Positions 63,740 through 64,000 of a stretch of DNA of 64,000 nucleotides are shown here, one piece after another. Both the position numbers and the translations under genes were made by a program. The stretch lies in NCBI RefSeq assembly GCF_009914755.1, contig NC_060937.1; one strand, written 5' to 3'. This DNA is from the human T2T-CHM13v2.0 reference genome, Homo sapiens. The notes under the pieces were generated by a model. The model did not search any database. It was not told the origin of the DNA and saw only the letters and a list, made by a program, of their open reading frames with translations. The stretch's first letter is position 1. Each line of letters starts with the position of its first letter.

Positions 63740-64000
63740 TTTTTGTTTGTTCGTTTGTTTATTTGTTTTGAGATGGAGTCTCTCTCTGTTTCCCAGACTG
63801 GAGTGCAGTGGCCGATCTTGGCTCACTGCAGCCTCTGCCCCCCCAGGTTCAAGCGATTCTCCTGCCTCAGCCTCCTGAGCAACTGGGATTACAGGCCCCT
63901 GCAACTACACCCAGCTAATTTTTGTATTTTTAGTAGAGAAGGGGGTTTCATCATGTTGGCCAGGCTGGTCTCCAACTCCTAACCTCAGATGATCTGCCCA
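63740..64000 (-). mobile_element. AluS, cut by the window end
   Basis: Reverse Alu running off the window. Confidence 0.9.

Overview
This window is primate (human or ape-like) nuclear DNA, either intronic or intergenic, and dominated by interspersed repeats. It holds about 60 Alu copies and monomers (FLAM/FRAM, J, S, Y; several nested) and fragments of L1 (an L1PB 5'UTR+ORF1, an old near full-length L1M, L1MA/MC/ME 3' ends), L2 and MIR. LTR elements include MST, THE1, LTR33, MLT1A, MLT2, MER21, MER31 and a solo ERV9 LTR12 inserted inside an Alu. DNA transposon fossils include MER5A, Tigger7/MER44 and Charlie1. I can support no protein-coding exon, RNA gene or CRISPR array. The ORF track is almost entirely Alu-, L1-, LTR- or microsatellite-derived, or short random ORFs. 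I found no evidence of a new biological system. The most interesting items are structural or regulatory: a 28-bp fold-back triplication at an L1 breakpoint, a hairpin-derived 10-bp minisatellite in L1 ORF2, an L1 that ends exactly after ORF1, a three-arm Alu under one TSD, an LTR12 promoter facing a repeat-free motif-rich island, G-run expansions in Alus, a (GGAA)11 tract and a local duplication dated by an Alu. Subfamily calls come from remembered consensus sequences compared by eye, and most boundaries are approximate.
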